DNA of 26,343 nt from Myxococcota bacterium (GTDB taxonomy: Bacteria; Myxococcota; JACRCW01). Positions 24,991-26,343 of the stretch are shown here, piece by piece (the first letter of the stretch is position 1; the number at the start of each line of letters is the position of its first letter). The notes under the pieces were generated by a model. The model searched no databases and was not told the origin of the DNA. It saw nothing but the letters and a program-made list of their open reading frames with translations. A program made the position numbers and the translations under genes. The stretch is taken from the NCBI GenBank assembly GCA_040752415.1, contig JBFMGU010000147.1, positions 1-26,343 on the forward strand, in the 5' to 3' direction.

Positions 24991-26343
24991 TCAGCCGTCC
25001 TCGCGGAAGATGCCCATGTTGGGGCTCATGCCGCGCTGCTGCAGGTCCTCGTAGAAGCGCGGGACAAAGCCGGTGGCCAGGAAGCGACCCTTGCCCGCGC
25101 CGTTGTCCTCCGCGCCTTCCCGTCGGTACGTGAAGATGTCCTGCATGGTGATGATGTCCACCTCCATACCGGAGACCTCGCACACCTGCGTGACGCGCCG
25201 CGACCCGTCGGAGAAGCGGGTCACCATGATGATGACGTCCACCGCGTTGGCAATCAGCTCCCGCACGGCCTTCACCGGCAGGTCCTGACCGCCCATCAGC
25301 ACCATCATCTCCAGGCGGGCCAGGCAGTCGCGGGGGCTGTGGGCGTGCACGGAGAGCAGGGTGCCGTCCTGGCCGGCGCTCATGGCCTGCAGCAGCGGCA
25401 ACGCCTCTCCACCGCGAACCTCACCCACCACGAGCCGGCCGGGGTGCATGCGCAGCGCGCTGCGGACCAGGGCCGCCAGGTCCACGCCGCCGGCGCCATC
25501 CGGACGCGGCGGGCGGGTCTCCAGGCTCACCACCTGCGGCTGCGGCAACACCAGCTCCGCCGCTTCCTCGACGGTGAACACGCGCTCGGAGTCATCAATG
25601 AGCGAGGCCACCGCGCCCAGCAGCGTGGTCTTCCCCGCGTCCGCCGGCCCCACGATGAGGACGTTCCGGCGCGCCTGCATGCAGGTCTCCAGGAACTCCA
25701 CCATGGGCTGGCTGATGGTGCCGTTGGCCGCCAGCTCGTCGACGCTCTGCGCCTGCGTGCGCGCGCGCCGCCAGGTGACCACCGGGCCCTTGGGGGACAC
25801 CGGCGACATCACCGCCAGCAGCTTGGAGCCGTCCTTGAGTCGCGCGTCCACCACCGGGATCTCCGGTGAGGGCATGATGCCGGCGCGGGACAGCAGCCGG
25901 TTCACGATGTCGGTGAGCGACTCCTCGCCGGAGAAGTACAGGTCGGTGAGGCTCTGCTGGCCGCTGCGGGTCACCGCCACGTAGCGCGGTCCGTTGACGA
26001 ACACTTCCTCCACGGACTCGTCGGCCACCAGCGCTTCCAACGCGCCCAGGCCCACCACCTCGCGCTCCACCAGCTCGCTGAGCGCTTCCTGGGTCACGCC
26101 CTTGGGAAGCTCCACGGTGACCTTGGGCAGGCACTCCTCCAGGCCCTGGCGCACCCGTTCCAGCAGCTCGTCCTCCGGCATCAGCGTGGGGTCCACGCCC
26201 TGCTCGGTCATCCACAGCGTGAGCGCGTCGTGCAGCTCGCGGGCGGCGGTGGAGGCACGCTCCAGGTTGGCGTCCTGGTCGCGGGAGCGCGCGGGAGCCG
26301 GGCCCTTGGCCGGGGCCTCCTGCGGCTTGGCGGTGGGCGCGCT
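24991..26343 (-). CDS. TadA/CpaF-family pilus assembly ATPase, 5'-truncated by the window edge, with non-canonical motifs
   Basis: GLGALEAL...EEVFVNGP, VDARLKDGS, GPADAGKTT, VVGEVRGGEA and DGSRRVT. The frame stays open 44 codons upstream of 26211 to the edge (SAPTAKPQEAPAKGPAPAR..., linker-like). Confidence 0.9.
   Translation of the reverse strand, partial: SAPTAKPQEAPAKGPAPARSRDQDANLERASTAARELHDALTLWMTEQGVDPTLMPEDELLERVRQGLEECLPKVTVELPKGVTQEALSELVEREVVGLGALEALVADESVEEVFVNGPRYVAVTRSGQQSLTDLYFSGEESLTDIVNRLLSRAGIMPSPEIPVVDARLKDGSKLLAVMSPVSPKGPVVTWRRARTQAQSVDELAANGTISQPMVEFLETCMQARRNVLIVGPADAGKTTLLGAVASLIDDSERVFTVEEAAELVLPQPQVVSLETRPPRPDGAGGVDLAALVRSALRMHPGRLVVGEVRGGEALPLLQAMSAGQDGTLLSVHAHSPRDCLARLEMMVLMGGQDLPVKAVRELIANAVDVIIMVTRFSDGSRRVTQVCEVSGMEVDIITMQDIFTYRREGAEDNGAGKGRFLATGFVPRFYEDLQQRGMSPNMGIFREDG

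Overview
A very GC-rich bacterial chromosomal segment; the gene content suggests a Myxococcota/delta-proteobacterial genome (inference). It holds 17 probable CDSs and no rRNA, tRNA, Cas or transposase genes that I can see. Housekeeping or stress genes: VOC-family protein, AlkD-like repair protein, Cupin_5, 2-Cys peroxiredoxin, dusB and an M28/PA/PDZ peptidase. Two large predicted surface lipoproteins end in or contain FG-GAP beta-propellers: ~2626 aa with a triplicated three-Ig module, and 1145 aa with 7 IPT domains. An Mla/Mce-type transporter appears split: a divergent mlaE-mlaE pair at 1-2.5 kb and a TPR-ABC1/UbiB kinase-mlaF unit at 13-16 kb whose MlaF lacks the Q-loop Gln, catalytic Glu and switch His. 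A TadA/CpaF ATPase with altered motifs runs off the right edge. Non-coding signals: a ~296-bp foldback with 100-bp arms (88/100 complementary by hand count) at 12002-12297, twin palindromic 26-bp repeats between ahpC and dusB, a CRP-like box before the giant gene, and a sigma70-like promoter and terminator around ahpC. All calls are from manual motif recognition; no searches were run.
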